This document shows, piece after piece, positions 23,057 to 34,433 of a DNA stretch of 64,000 nt (position 1 is its first letter; the number at the start of each line of letters is the position of its first letter). The DNA is from Spizellomyces punctatus DAOM BR117 (taxonomy: Eukaryota), in NCBI GenBank assembly GCA_000182565.2, contig KQ257450.1. One strand, written 5' to 3'. Made by a program: the position numbers and the translations under genes. Below the pieces are notes generated by a model. That model did not search any database, was not told the origin of the DNA, and saw only the letters and a list, made by a program, of their open reading frames with translations.

Positions 23057-23854
23057 CTACATCTTTGCCTTTGACAACCGAGCAAATACGCCCTCTAGTG
23101 CCTTGATGGTAGAAGGCAACGACAGCATCTTCCACGCGGTTTCAGCTTCACTGTTAAGCCACCGTTCATCAGCCCATTCCTTTGCCAACGCTCCCCTCAG
23201 GGAGTTCTTTGTTAGCTGCCTTCCAGGGTCGGGTAGCATCAACAAGCCTTGCATGACCGTTTCCGCCCGTTCCAAGAGTTCCTTTTCATCTTGAACAACC
23301 TCATCGACGAGACCAATAGCCAATGCTTCCTTTGCCTTGACCATTTTAGCAAACTGAGTAAGCTTGTCAGTTTTGCCCTGCCCAATGACACTGGCCATCA
23401 ACTTGATCCATTTGGGTGGGACACTGATCCCGAGGGCCACTTCGTTCAGACCCATGGTTCCGTCCGTAGTAATGACGCGGTAGTCACAAGCAATAGACAT
23501 ACATGTTCCGCCAGCGGGACAAGCACCTTTGATGGCCGCAACCGTTACCAAAGGCGAGTTTGACAGTCGCGCAAGGAAGGTGTTTGAGACTTTCCAAAAC
23601 TTTTCGTATCGTTCACGGCTTGTCGCTGGGGCATATAATTCTTGCAAGTCGTTCCCAGCTGTAAAAACCGGCCGAGAGAGTCCAGAATGGAATACAACCC
23701 CACGGACTTTTTTGTCGTTCTCGAGAGAAGTGAGAGTTTCGAGGAGTTGCTCCCACATTTCCAGGTTCATACTATTAACCGGCTCACGGCGGATGGAGAC
23801 CAATGCATAGTTACCGCGAGTAGTGACGTTGATGAAGCGATCTTTGCCGGACAT
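23057..23854 (-). CDS. Enoyl-CoA delta isomerase (crotonase family), intronless, PTS1-like end
   Basis: PVNSMNLE, FTAGNDL, AIKGACPAGG, CDYRV, MGLNEVALGI; ends AKM*. Confidence 0.9.
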   Translation of the reverse strand: MSGKDRFINVTTRGNYALVSIRREPVNSMNLEMWEQLLETLTSLENDKKVRGVVFHSGLSRPVFTAGNDLQELYAPATSRERYEKFWKVSNTFLARLSNSPLVTVAAIKGACPAGGTCMSIACDYRVITTDGTMGLNEVALGISVPPKWIKLMASVIGQGKTDKLTQFAKMVKAKEALAIGLVDEVVQDEKELLERAETVMQGLLMLPDPGRQLTKNSLRGALAKEWADERWLNSEAETAWKMLSLPSTIKALEGVFARLSKAKM

Positions 23855-24345
23855 TGTTTAGATGCAGATGGAAGAACTGAGATGGGAAGGAGATGGTCTC
23901 GTGGGCCACGCGCCTTGCTTTAAAGGCCACCATGATCTCGCTATCACGTGTCCCCGTTCAGGGTTGCGATGGATTTGGGAATGGATATGGCGGATATTCA
24001 GATATCAGCACACTACGAGAATGCAATCGCCCATAATTTTAAAGGATATGCCGGCCATACTGCACAAGTTATCATCATCGCAATGCGCTCAAAATAAGCA
24101 ACACAACGTGGACGACGAGATCTCTGCCCTGAAGCAAAAGCTGCAATATGACATGAGGGCCGATGGGGGGCTCAGCAGCTGGAGCGGTTAATTAGGTGCA
24201 TAGCCACTTCCTATCACCTAATGCGCCTTTCGGGTCCGCTTTTGCAGAGTTTTAACGCTGACCTTGTTTGCATCGCCATCGCAAATCAAACACCCACTCT
24301 CTGCCCTCTGTAAACTACTTTCTTACACTCGAACTTTTAGCAGCA

Positions 24346-25802
24346 ATGCCTATCGATCGCTTCGGGAGCCTAAAGGTAAGGTTGACCATACTCGTACGCG
24401 GTGGGCCAACCCATCTTCAACGCTTTGTTCCAGCAGGCCGACACATCGCATCAAACTGTTGTCGAAATGGAAGGGCTTTTGACGCAGCCTTCAGTGGGGG
24501 GCGAAGGTTTGGACACATTTTTCAACGAGGTGCGGTACATTTATCTCTACCAATCCAGTTTAAAGTTGAACTGATGGCAGCACATTTTTTATTAGGTCGA
24601 ATTGATGAAATCGGACATTAAGATAGTACGAAGGAATGTGGGAGAAATTGAACGATTGCATTATGCGGGGTTACTGTCGGCCAATGATAAAGGTAAACGG
24701 CTTTGGTTCCTATGTTTCTAAACGTGTGTTGAAATGATCCAATCAAACTTTGTAGAAAATAGGGATGCGCTTGAGAGGGCGTCGAACGATACAAAGAGGC
24801 TCATTGGAAGGCTCCGAGCAAAAGTCAAGGGTAGATCATCCACTTCATTTTCATAATGTTCGCCTTGCATTGAGTTATTCTGATTATTGTGTAGATCTGA
24901 TGGAGGCAACTGATCGAATGAAGCCAACACGGAACGCACAAATACGTCGCACGCACGAGCGAAGCCTGGTTAATGAGATTGTCAAGGTCGCGGCTGAATA
25001 TCAGCAGATGGAGCAACAAGTGAAACAGCAACACAGAGAGCGTTTGGAGCGCCAGTACAAGATTGGTACCTATACTATGGTCTGCTGTAGCGTGACAGTG
25101 ACTGAATGATGGCTACTAGTCCGCCCGGGTGCCACAGATGAAGAAGTCTCTAATGTCGTAGAACACGGAGGCAGCGTGTTCTCTCAAGAGGCAAGAAAAC
25201 AAGTTACGCAACTTTCAGTACAGTCGGTTATATTGACTAGGCAACCCAGATCCTCAGCGCCCGCGTAGGAGAACAACGACAGGCTTTGGAAGAAGTACAG
25301 TCGCGACATGTCCAAATCAAGCAGATCGAGACTGCATTGGTGGAACTGTTTGACCTAACGACGGAGATGAGTCATCTATTGGACCAGCACCAGGTTCGCC
25401 AAAGGCATAATATCATCGAAATGGGTGCCGTGATTAACATTCTCATGTATTACAGGAAATCATTAACATTGTAGACGCTCAGGTGGAACAGGTTCACGTG
25501 TGAGTAGCGCAATGGCGTATCCTTTCAAATGTGTCATCGTACTGTCCTCACACTATCATAGGACTGTGGAGAAAGGGAACCGGGAGCTTACTTTTGCAAC
25601 CGCAAGTGCTAAAAGTGCTCGAAAAGTGAGATAATTATGTGCTTTTGTCCGAGCAATCTGCCATCATACTCATCATTCATGTTTGATATTGCAGACCAAA
25701 TGGATCATTGCAGGGATAGTCTTGGTGGTTGTAGGAGTTATTGCCGCTGTTGTAGCAGTGAAGCTATCGCAATCAAAGAGCCAGCAAAGAAATAATGCCT
25801 GA
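24346..25802 (+). CDS. Plasma-membrane syntaxin (Sso1-like Qa-SNARE), multi-exon
   Basis: RERLERQYKIVRPGATDEEV, ALEEVQSRHVQIKQIETALVELFDL, SAKSARK|TKWII plus C-terminal transmembrane helix. Confidence 0.88.
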
Positions 25803-26281
25803 CTCTATGCATCTTGTATACAAAATAATTACCCTTTATCGCATTCCTTTGAATTCATCAGCAGCAACTACCCCAGCATATCTTGCTTCGTGCAGATAGC
25901 CATATCAGGCAACATTGTGGCGGCATAGTCACGCATAGTAGGCTTAGTAAGGAAAATAGCTAATCGATGCGCTGCTGGTCATGGGATCATCTTATCAAAC
26001 CTCCGTCCGAACGACCGAGCCGTTTTGGAGGGCGGTCGGGGCTTATAAAAAAGGGAGGAGCTTGTCATTTCCTCTTGTTTTTTCCTTCTTCCGTTTCTTC
26101 TTGTTTTCCATATCACGCCTTGTTGGGATTTCGTGCCTTGTCTTTAGCCGTCCATCGCTACCCAGCTCTTGCACACGCTCAAAGCACAGCTTTGCCTGAA
26201 AAGCCTCAGTTGACACGTCGCGCGTCAAAGAGGTTCCATCCAATCCCCCCGTATTAGAGACTCGCGAAAGAATCAAGAACG

Positions 26282-26910
26282 ATGGCTTCTCGCCCAATCC
26301 CGACGCCTGCAGTATCTAAAACTCGCTTCCCTTTAAAGGCCTCTCCAAGCGCATCTCCCTTGGCCCTGTCTTTCCTCCCCCCAACTCGTCCCTCATCCCA
26401 CCCTCTGATTCTCCTCAACCCGTACACATCCCGGAAAAATATCACCGCTATCATCGATGAAGCTCAACTGTCACCCCCTTCCGACGATGTACATGTGCCC
26501 ATGACGAAAATTGAGCCGTTTGTGCATACACGACAGGTTGGAGGCGTTTTTGTACGAGGAATTGACGCTGGGGAACTCGGGTTGGCGCCATTGGGTGAGG
26601 CCGACACGTGCTATGGTCGAGTTCAGAGGTAAGCTTTGTTTTTTGCTGGTTTCTGAATTAGGTTGCTAACCTCTGCGCACGCACATGGCACAGATACTCG
26701 TCCGTTGTCGCCATTGTTTTTGGTCGTCAGGCTGTTATTGAGAATGTCTATGAACTTCCTGCTGCCTTCAAGAACACTCAGTACGCAGAAGGCGTCATTG
26801 GAATGGATACCCTTTGGTCCCTCGGTTTGAACGTTGCCGTCGACCGTGGAATGGTATATCTCCAGGATCCCGAGCTGAGCCAATACGTTGACCATGGCAA
26901 GTCTGCCTAA
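26282..26910 (+). CDS. 187-aa hypothetical protein, retropepsin-like fold suspected; intron 26629-26693
   Basis: In-frame GTAAGC...GCTAAC...CAG intron; motifs KNITAIIDEA and EGVIGMDTLWSLG. Confidence 0.6.
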
Positions 26911-27418
26911 GTTATGCTGCCGCGCTTCTGCCACTGCATCAAATCCTCCTTTTTGTATACGTTTATACCCGCCTTTTTTTGTGTACATGCTGTTGTTCTT
27001 GTCCCCGTTATCTTTCAGCGGAGAAAGTGTTATTGTACACCCAGACTATGCATCTGTACAAAAGTAGTAGAAAGCAAAACCCGAGGACGTTGTCTCGTGT
27101 TAAATGAATCCTGCAGCAATAATACATTTTTCTCTTTTTATTTTGGTGCATTGACATGGTCTCTGAGTGTGCTTTCCTTGTCTCGTTGCCATTGAAAACT
27201 TCAAATCGATCGCTCACCATATGTTCAACACTTGGATGACGATACGGAATATGGGCTGCAAAAGGAGGACATGTTTAGCATTCGGCTATTTGCTTGGCAA
27301 GGAGGATAACGCGTTGTTCACTTACAACAAGCACCATTGACCTTTTAGCCCCAAATCTGCCCTCTTTCTGAGATTACCTCTTGGCTCAGTCCACCCAGCT
27401 TTTATCGTCGTCGTTAGA

Positions 27419-28162
27419 ATGGCCACCACTACACTGAAATCAACATCCTCCCACGGCCTGGCGGCTCCCTCGCTGGCCCAAGCGCAACTCCTTCAGGTAG
27501 ACTGACGATCTCTCGCCCTGGTGCTACACCATTCAACTCACATTTTGTTCACGGCTAAAGACCCTCCGCACAACAACCCAGACGCTCACCACCCAATTGA
27601 CTACCCTCGCTCAGGACACAACGCTGGTCCTCAATCACTACATGCAAGTGCACCCGCCCCTCAAAACATTTGTTACAACCGCTGGCGTCTTGAGCGCTGT
27701 TCCCGTTGCGGTCTTCTTGGGGTGGATTGTTGTGAGCTGTGTGGGAACGTTTGTTGTTGCATGTATGTTGTGTGCATTGTGCTGTTTTGATCATGTTCTT
27801 TTCGCTGACATGGCAGTAGTGTTGAGCACAATCTTGCTCGAATCGACACTTGTCTCTGTGGGGTTTTTCATTCTTCTTCCAATCGAAGCGTGCATCCTTT
27901 TCGTAGCGGGCGCTGCGGCGGCCGTGAGGTACGGAGGCGGAAGATGGGGCGATGCGGTGGAAAGGGTTGTTCGAAGGTGTGATTGCTGTCTTTGGTGTAC
28001 TTGGGGTCTACCGGTTTTAACCTAGGCTTGATGACTCTTAGGATTTGGATCCTAACTGGTGAAGTGTACCGGCTGCTTGGCGATAGGCTGGAAGCGGTAG
28101 GAAAGGTAGAGATGCCAAAGATGGAGAGAAGGTCCATCGTGACGTGCGACGATGAGGAGTAA
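27419..28162 (+). CDS. Promethin/LDAF1-like lipid-droplet membrane protein, multi-exon
   Basis: HPPLKTFV..LSAVPVAVFLGWIV...GFFILLPI long hydrophobic hairpins resembling promethin. Confidence 0.6.
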
Positions 28163-28586
28163 GGAGTACCGCCATTGTCAGGATTTTATTCTTTGTACAT
28201 TTTTCCGTCTTGTTGTGGGCAAAATATATCCCAAAGCCTCCTTCTTAAAGTGGAGACTCAAGTTCTAGATGAGTGTATCTGATGCTCATACTCAGAATAC
28301 TATCTTTCTACAAGATATTACGAGTAATTTCATGCGCCTGTGTTCAGGCGTTGCCACGATATATGCAGTAGGATTAAAATCCCTAGAATGCTAATGGTAG
28401 CAAGACATACCCACAAATCATCTCGAACTAATTCCACACACCCCTCCCATGCAAGTGCATAAATATAAACAATGCTACATCTAAGATCCGTCACCCTTCA
28501 TGTATATACATACCCGCCGGCCTTTTGGCGTTTAGGAACTTACATGCTTGTAAATAAATACTTAGCACCATGCAGCCCATCTCGCA

Positions 28587-29285
28587 TCAAGGTTCTCGAT
28601 ACACCTTCTGCTCCGTGTGATCCAATTCCAAAATCTCTTGAATGGCTTGCAACACAAGCTTTATGTGTGCTTTTATTTTTGATGCCGTCTCCGTGTGTTT
28701 GTCAGCCGCTCTGAGGAAACCGTGGGGTCAGTGAGATACTGAGAATGAATGAAAAGAAACAGAAACTGACTTTAGTAATGATTTCTCCTTTTCTCCAATG
28801 AAAGTAACGGCTTCGTCCAGCGTTAGTTCAACGTGGTAGCCTGCTCCTACTTTGACGTAGATCCTCGATGTATCTGGCCTACAAAAGCAAAACATTGTCC
28901 AGGAGAAAGGAATGAGGAGAAAGTAGGAGAACTACATACACTTTGGCTTGCATGAAAAACTCGCATCCAACATCCATCATGGTTTTCAGCTCGTTGAGCT
29001 TTTCATTTCTGAGCAGGTCAATCTGGTTACGCAACTTTAGGCTACAACGACTATGTGTAAGTTCACAGGCCTACACCCAACCGGTAAACAGTCGGCAGAG
29101 AATGTTGCCCAAGGGTGTGAGCAAAACGCTACGCACTATTCAGCAATGGTCTCGTAAATCTTGTCCCGAGCGACCACAGCCTTTTGTAGGTCTACTCGTA
29201 GTCGCTCATTTACAAAGCGTTCGTATCTTTCTATTTGTTTTGTTTTGTCTCGTGAGCCGGACTCTGTGAGGTTTGGCTTGTCCAT
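28587..29285 (-). CDS. UXT: Prefoldin alpha-like protein UXT, multi-exon
   Basis: [58 protein letters not shown]. Confidence 0.9.
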
Positions 29286-30152
29286 GGTTGCTGATTTCAG
29301 TTGAACTGATCTGTCCTATTCCCATCCCACTAGATCTGTTATGAGCTGCATCCCCACAAATTCACGTGACAGATTTGGTGAAGGTTTTGAAGGGACAGTG
29401 GAGCTTTCCATTTGATTTGGTGAAGGCATCTACTTGGGATATCTGCTACAAAGGGATGGTCGGACGGGCCGACTGGACTATCTAGCTGGATATGTCATGT
29501 TTTAAAGCAAGCAGCCCCGTCACAATGAAGGCTGATCGTGCAATCATGTGCATGTTTTCTGTACATGAACGAGATGTGCCATGGGCGAGTCAAAAGTCAT
29601 TGCAGTCAGAGGTGCACAAGGCAATGTTGTTTCTTCAGAGGCGGGGGTCTTACGTCCCACTCGGAAACACGGACCAATGCTTTTCATCATCCTGCAACGA
29701 ACTCTGCTCAAACCCACGGCACTCTCCCGTTTAAACCAAGCAGTTTCGCTCAACCACTTCTTAGTGCAGTGCCAACAGCCGAATGTAATTTATCGCCGAC
29801 AGTGAACTAAAAAGTCGTTGGAAACAACGGGCTGTATTCCTCTGCGGGATGAAGAGTAAAACGCAAAGGTTGACTTTGGCTGCACACGATGCCTATTTAT
29901 ACGCTTTGAATAGCCAATCAGAGCGCTAGAAGTTTTTTTGTCACCAAGCCATCTCGCGCCACAAGCAATATTTCGTATTTAAAGCAACTTTCTTTTGAAC
30001 ATTTGGTTGATACTCGACAGCTCGGCTTGCACCGCACACAACGCTCTCAAATAGGTCGACATAGCAATAGTGCCATGGTCGACCAAGCTGTCAGCGTTTG
30101 TGCGGGTTGATATCAATTGGTAAGTAGATTTGGCCCATGCAAGGATTGCAGT

Positions 30153-30262
30153 GTATGAATGATGATCAAAAGGCATTTGGTTGTACGGGGCCCCCGCGTT
30201 ATGTGGGGTTACTCCGGATGATAGTAACACCCGAGCTACCTAATCTTTCACCTCTGACATAC
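30153..30262 (+). ncRNA. Intronic box C/D snoRNA, snR13-like
   Basis: Terminal stem GTATG/CATAC, box C ATGATGA (30159-30165), box D CTGA (30254-30257); AGGCATTTGG and GCTACCT are both complementary to conserved 25S rRNA AAGGUAGCCAAAUGCCU. Confidence 0.75.
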
Positions 30263-30413
30263 GACATGCATGATTTGTGCTCATGTTGACTACAAACTTT
30301 TTGCTGATCTGTTTGTTTGCATTCAGATATCTTCGACTGTCTGCACGGAGCTGCCGTTCGGGACAAGTGTACGTCGCGAGATCTAAAGGTAAGCATCAAA
30401 TTCTTGAACTTTC

Positions 30414-30523
30414 TGCGGAAATAGAGGTTGCAGGGATTAGAATTAGATGATAGGGACAGCTTAGACTTCAAAAATGCTGATTTCATCTGGGTGAACAATC
30501 AATGAGCAATCTCTATTTCCGCA
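30414..30523 (+). ncRNA. Intronic box C/D snoRNA, snR64/U74-like, with non-canonical boxes
   Basis: 18-bp closing stem (30414-30431/30506-30523); guide GATAGGGACAG (30449-30459) complementary to 25S CUGUCCCUAUC; D' CTTA, C' ATGCTGA; C GGGATTA and D ATGA. Confidence 0.65.
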
Positions 30524-30739
30524 CTGTTTTTACGTCCTCTTGGTTTGTCAAATACTAATTTCGTCTGTCGTATACGATAGGTAAGCCAGTAGTAAATAGC
30601 AGATAGGTGTGATCCTTTATTTGTTTAATAAATATTCAATTATTATGAATTATACGGTTGCTCTCGTGAAAAGGTTCATTCCGCAGCCCATTATGCGGTA
30701 TTGGTGAATAGCTTGAGTCCTTCGTCGAAGGAGTTGCTG

Positions 30740-32993
30740 TTATGGAATGGGAGATTCCTCAACTCTAGCCTTTTTCTCTGATATCTGGATCGGCTCCGAT
30801 GATGGGCGCTTGTTTATATCGCTGCAATGGAGATGCATACGTCAAAGCGTCAGGTACTGTCTCAAGGGCACAGGATAATGAAGTTAAGCCAAGCCAAGTC
30901 CAAGATTGTGCGCTTACCTGTTGGAGTCAACTGGCGTAGCGAATGCCACTTCGGCCGGTAACCGAAAGCTTATGCACAACATCTCCTTGTTGGGGGCTAC
31001 ATTTCGTACATCATGTACAAGCTCGACATTGTCCCCAAGGGATGCGCCAATTACACTTTCCACTCGCTGTAGGCCACGAAGTTAGCCCTTGGTTCCCTTA
31101 GGAATACGAAAAATGGTGCTTACTTTTATGACATCAGCTCTCGCATCCACCTCGCGTGAAAAGCAATGGCAATGTATCATGGGAAGCCGATCATTTGAAA
31201 CCAAATCTTGGCGACCGTACAAGAACCCCCGGAAGGCGTCTGAACAGATTAAAAGTTAGCACTCGGTAAATAGACCTTAAGAATATCCGTCCTTACCAAG
31301 GAACTCAATGGCTGTTGCGGGCAAATTCATGATATAATGATCGAACCATCGGAATACTGGCTCTTCCCCTACTGGGCCTTTTCCATTCTCCTTGACTTCA
31401 GGTGCTGTCTCAGTGTGAGGTTTAGTTGATGAGTCTAAAGCGTCGTTGGAGGCCGCTTTGGTAGTTTTGGGCTTCTTTGGCGGTGGAGCTTTACTTTCAA
31501 GCTCCCGCCACACGCTTGGCGTATTTAGGTCTTTTAAAGATTGTCGAATGAACTCTCTCCCGTCCATGTTGTAGGGTCTTACCAGGTGTTCCACCTACGC
31601 GAGCGATTCCATCAACGCTGATTAGCTCTAACGTCACAGAGGGTACAATCTTTGATAAAAAAGATCACCTTGTTAAGCCGCACGTTCTCACATAGATATT
31701 GGTGGCTGGCCGGATTCAAATCGTTCGCAAAGACAATGCAATTCTTTTTCTTAGCGGCCGGTAACGCATATGGCCCAACACCGGCGAACACGTCGCATAT
31801 CAGTTGTCCAGGCCGGAACGCTTTTACAATGCGGTTGTGCTCGGCTTGCAAGCGTGAATTCCAGTAGACCCTTGAAAAATCGAACCGGAAGCGACAGTCC
31901 CCTTCTTTCTAGATGCCGCAAGATTATGGCCTGATGAGAACCGAATTCCTTCTCTGAGTATCAGCTGCTTATGATGGACTAACCAGCTCTGCCATCATAT
32001 TGTTTTCTCCTGCTAGCAATTCCATTTGGAAAAATCGGAACGTATGGTCGATATTCCCCGTTTTGTTGACAATCGTGCGCAAGTTTTTGTTTTTCTGCAG
32101 AGAAGAGAGCATCGTTTCAGTTCCAGTCCGCTCCAACCAGGTGCAGTAGCAGTCTTGGTACTCACGTCAAGTAGGACTTGACCAATAATACTTTTATATG
32201 GGATGTGTTGATCACGGAGGTTGAGATGCGCTGCACAGAATTTGTATCTTAGCCCGGTCATCGGTATTCAGGTTAGCAGAATGATTGAGCGACCCTCACC
32301 AATGTGTCCAACGGATTCAAATGCACCTGGCACTTCTAATTCGTCTGGTAGGATGGATCTTAACACTTGATCTATGATACTGTTAGATGAGATTCCAAAA
32401 GAGTAGAAGCCGCTTGAATGGGGTCACAAACCTGCTGTCCAATAATCGTAGTCAAGATCCAGCTTATAACGAGTCACTTCTGCCCCCTCCTTCTTAGCGA
32501 ACTCGTCCACGGCAGGCGGAAGAGCGTCTATGTAGGAGACATTAATCAGGCGGGCTGACCAGGGGAACGTTTGTCTTTATATCGTATCGTCTCATCCGAT
32601 ATATGGAGAACCACCCATCATATGTGTCTCTAACTATCGCTGTTTCCAAGTAGAGTAACAGCAACCTACCCTTCGACGTGACGACCTCAGGGTTCAAGAG
32701 AACTAACCGCCTCACAGCTTTCTTGTCTGCGCCTTTCGCAATCTCCTCTGGATCTTCTATGATTGCTCGAAGCCTCGGAAGCTCCAGAAGCGGGCTATAA
32801 GACGATTGAGTAACCGCTGCTACCGTCGCAAATATGCAAGGGTTCGCTCTTACCCGCCCTTTAACTCAACCATGGCACGCCTACATGTTGAGGCAGGAAC
32901 ACGCAGGGCGACCAAGTCCAAACTCTTCCGAAAAAGTTCCCTGTTGAGAGTTACCAACCCTTTATTCGCTGGTGGTGATATCGTTGCGGACAT
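30740..32993 (-). CDS. TRM5: tRNA (guanine-37 N1) methyltransferase Trm5, multi-exon
   Basis: [82 protein letters not shown]. Confidence 0.93.
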
Positions 32994-33139
32994 TTTTGGT
33001 CAATGGGTGCAGCATTCAAGAGCTTCAGCAGGGCTTTTGAAAGAAATGACTGTGCCTGCAGTATGAGTCATCCAACGTAAAAGCGCAGCACCAGAGAGGA
33101 TAACGAGATCTTTAGATCAACGAGTGACCGCCTCGCAAT

Positions 33140-34229
33140 ATGACACAAGAAGGAGAGGCAGCAGGGATACTATCAGAGGTTGAAGATGGGGTTGTTGATG
33201 AACTAGAAGAAGGAGAATATGTAGAAGGAGAGGATGAGGAGCTGAATGCTACATGCGAAGCAGAACCCCGGACAAGAGTAACATTTTCTCATAAGGTACG
33301 CAGAACCACATTGGCAGTTATATGAGAACGTCTATCTCATACCATGGTGCTCAGGACCTGCATGCAGAGCAATGGGATGACAGCGCACTGATCGAAGCAT
33401 GGGACGCCGCAGTTAGAGAATATCAAGTAGGCAATTTCCAGAATGTAAGGCCGATGCCGCAATTTCTTATTTTGTCCGCTACACAGATGTATCATAGCGA
33501 CCAGCCACCAATAGGCGGGAAAAAAAAGCGGAAAAGGTGCAGCGGGTTGAGCTACTGTTATGATGTTGTTGGGGATGCTGATATAATGAAGACCCCCACA
33601 ACAGTACCAACAAGCGAATCCGAGATCAATGACGGGACCCGACGTGATGGAAGTTGATGATACCCAACAACAGAATGATGTGGCGGAGATAGAAAGGGTA
33701 AGCAGAAGAATGCGTACTGTTGATAATGCACGATGACATGTTGACACATATGCAGGAATCAGCCGGTCAAAATCATGAAACTGTAGACAATGATTCCACC
33801 ACAACTCAAGATTACGTCGAGACACAGAGAACGTCTCGATTGGAAGACCAGACTAGTTATCAAAATGGTAAAGTGCATGATTAGCGTCTCTGGTCGTCCA
33901 AATGCTTATCTACTCGCAGCAGGGGTGAATAGCGATGGCGTAGACTACCCACCTGGACAATGTGCCTCTTGTGGAGTTCCGACCGAGATGCCAACCGGTA
34001 ATTTTGACAACCTAATGCATATCATATGTCCTCAGTACTGATGTGCACGCTATTCCAGCACTTCCTGAAGACGAGGATCTGGCGAACGTGATGATGGCTT
34101 GGTACTATGCTGGGTATTACAGCGGGATTTACGCAGCGAAGGTACCATCTTTTCAAATTGCTAATTTGAGATGAGACATACTGAGCTTATCGTCCCTTGC
34201 TTTAATAGCAGAAGCAACGGAATCAATAA
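33140..34229 (+). CDS. SMN1: Survival motor neuron (SMN)-like protein, no Tudor domain evident, multi-exon
   Basis: Gemin2-binding motif WDDSALIEAWDAAVREY and YG box LANVMMAWYYAGYYSG. Confidence 0.85.
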
Positions 34230-34433
34230 TAGTTCATACATTCACGCATCATTATTTGGGAGAATGGTCCCACCTGTATATTTATTACAATGAGCACTTG
34301 GTTAAAGCGGCTGGAACCTGGATCTAATCGATTACACATGCTCGGCGCCACATGATAGATCGCCCAACATCATGCAGATAGTGTCATTGAGGTCTACCCA
34401 ACTGGTGGCATTGGGTCCACCGTGAACTTGCTA

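Larger units (their letters stand above)
30000..30640 (+). ncRNA. Putative non-coding snoRNA host transcript (introns 30120-30326 and 30389-30580); ends approximate
   Basis: Two canonical introns (GTAAGT..GCTGAT..CAG; GTAAGC..TACTAAT..TAG) about three times longer than neighbouring introns; exon 1 ATG opens only an 11-codon ORF; upstream CCAAT and TATTTAAA, downstream AATAAA. Confidence 0.6.

Noticed and set aside
25517-25526. GTATCCTTT resembling a U12-type 5' splice site
   Set aside because: Lies inside an ordinary GTGAGT-initiated intron rather than at an exon boundary
29372-29426. 13-bp direct repeat GATTTGGTGAAGG upstream of UXT
   Set aside because: Only two short copies and no associated element structure; cannot assign a function
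29430-29900. Unexplained gap that could hold another ncRNA or small gene
   Set aside because: No snRNA, RNase P/MRP, SRP or tRNA signature and no convincing spliced ORF recognised
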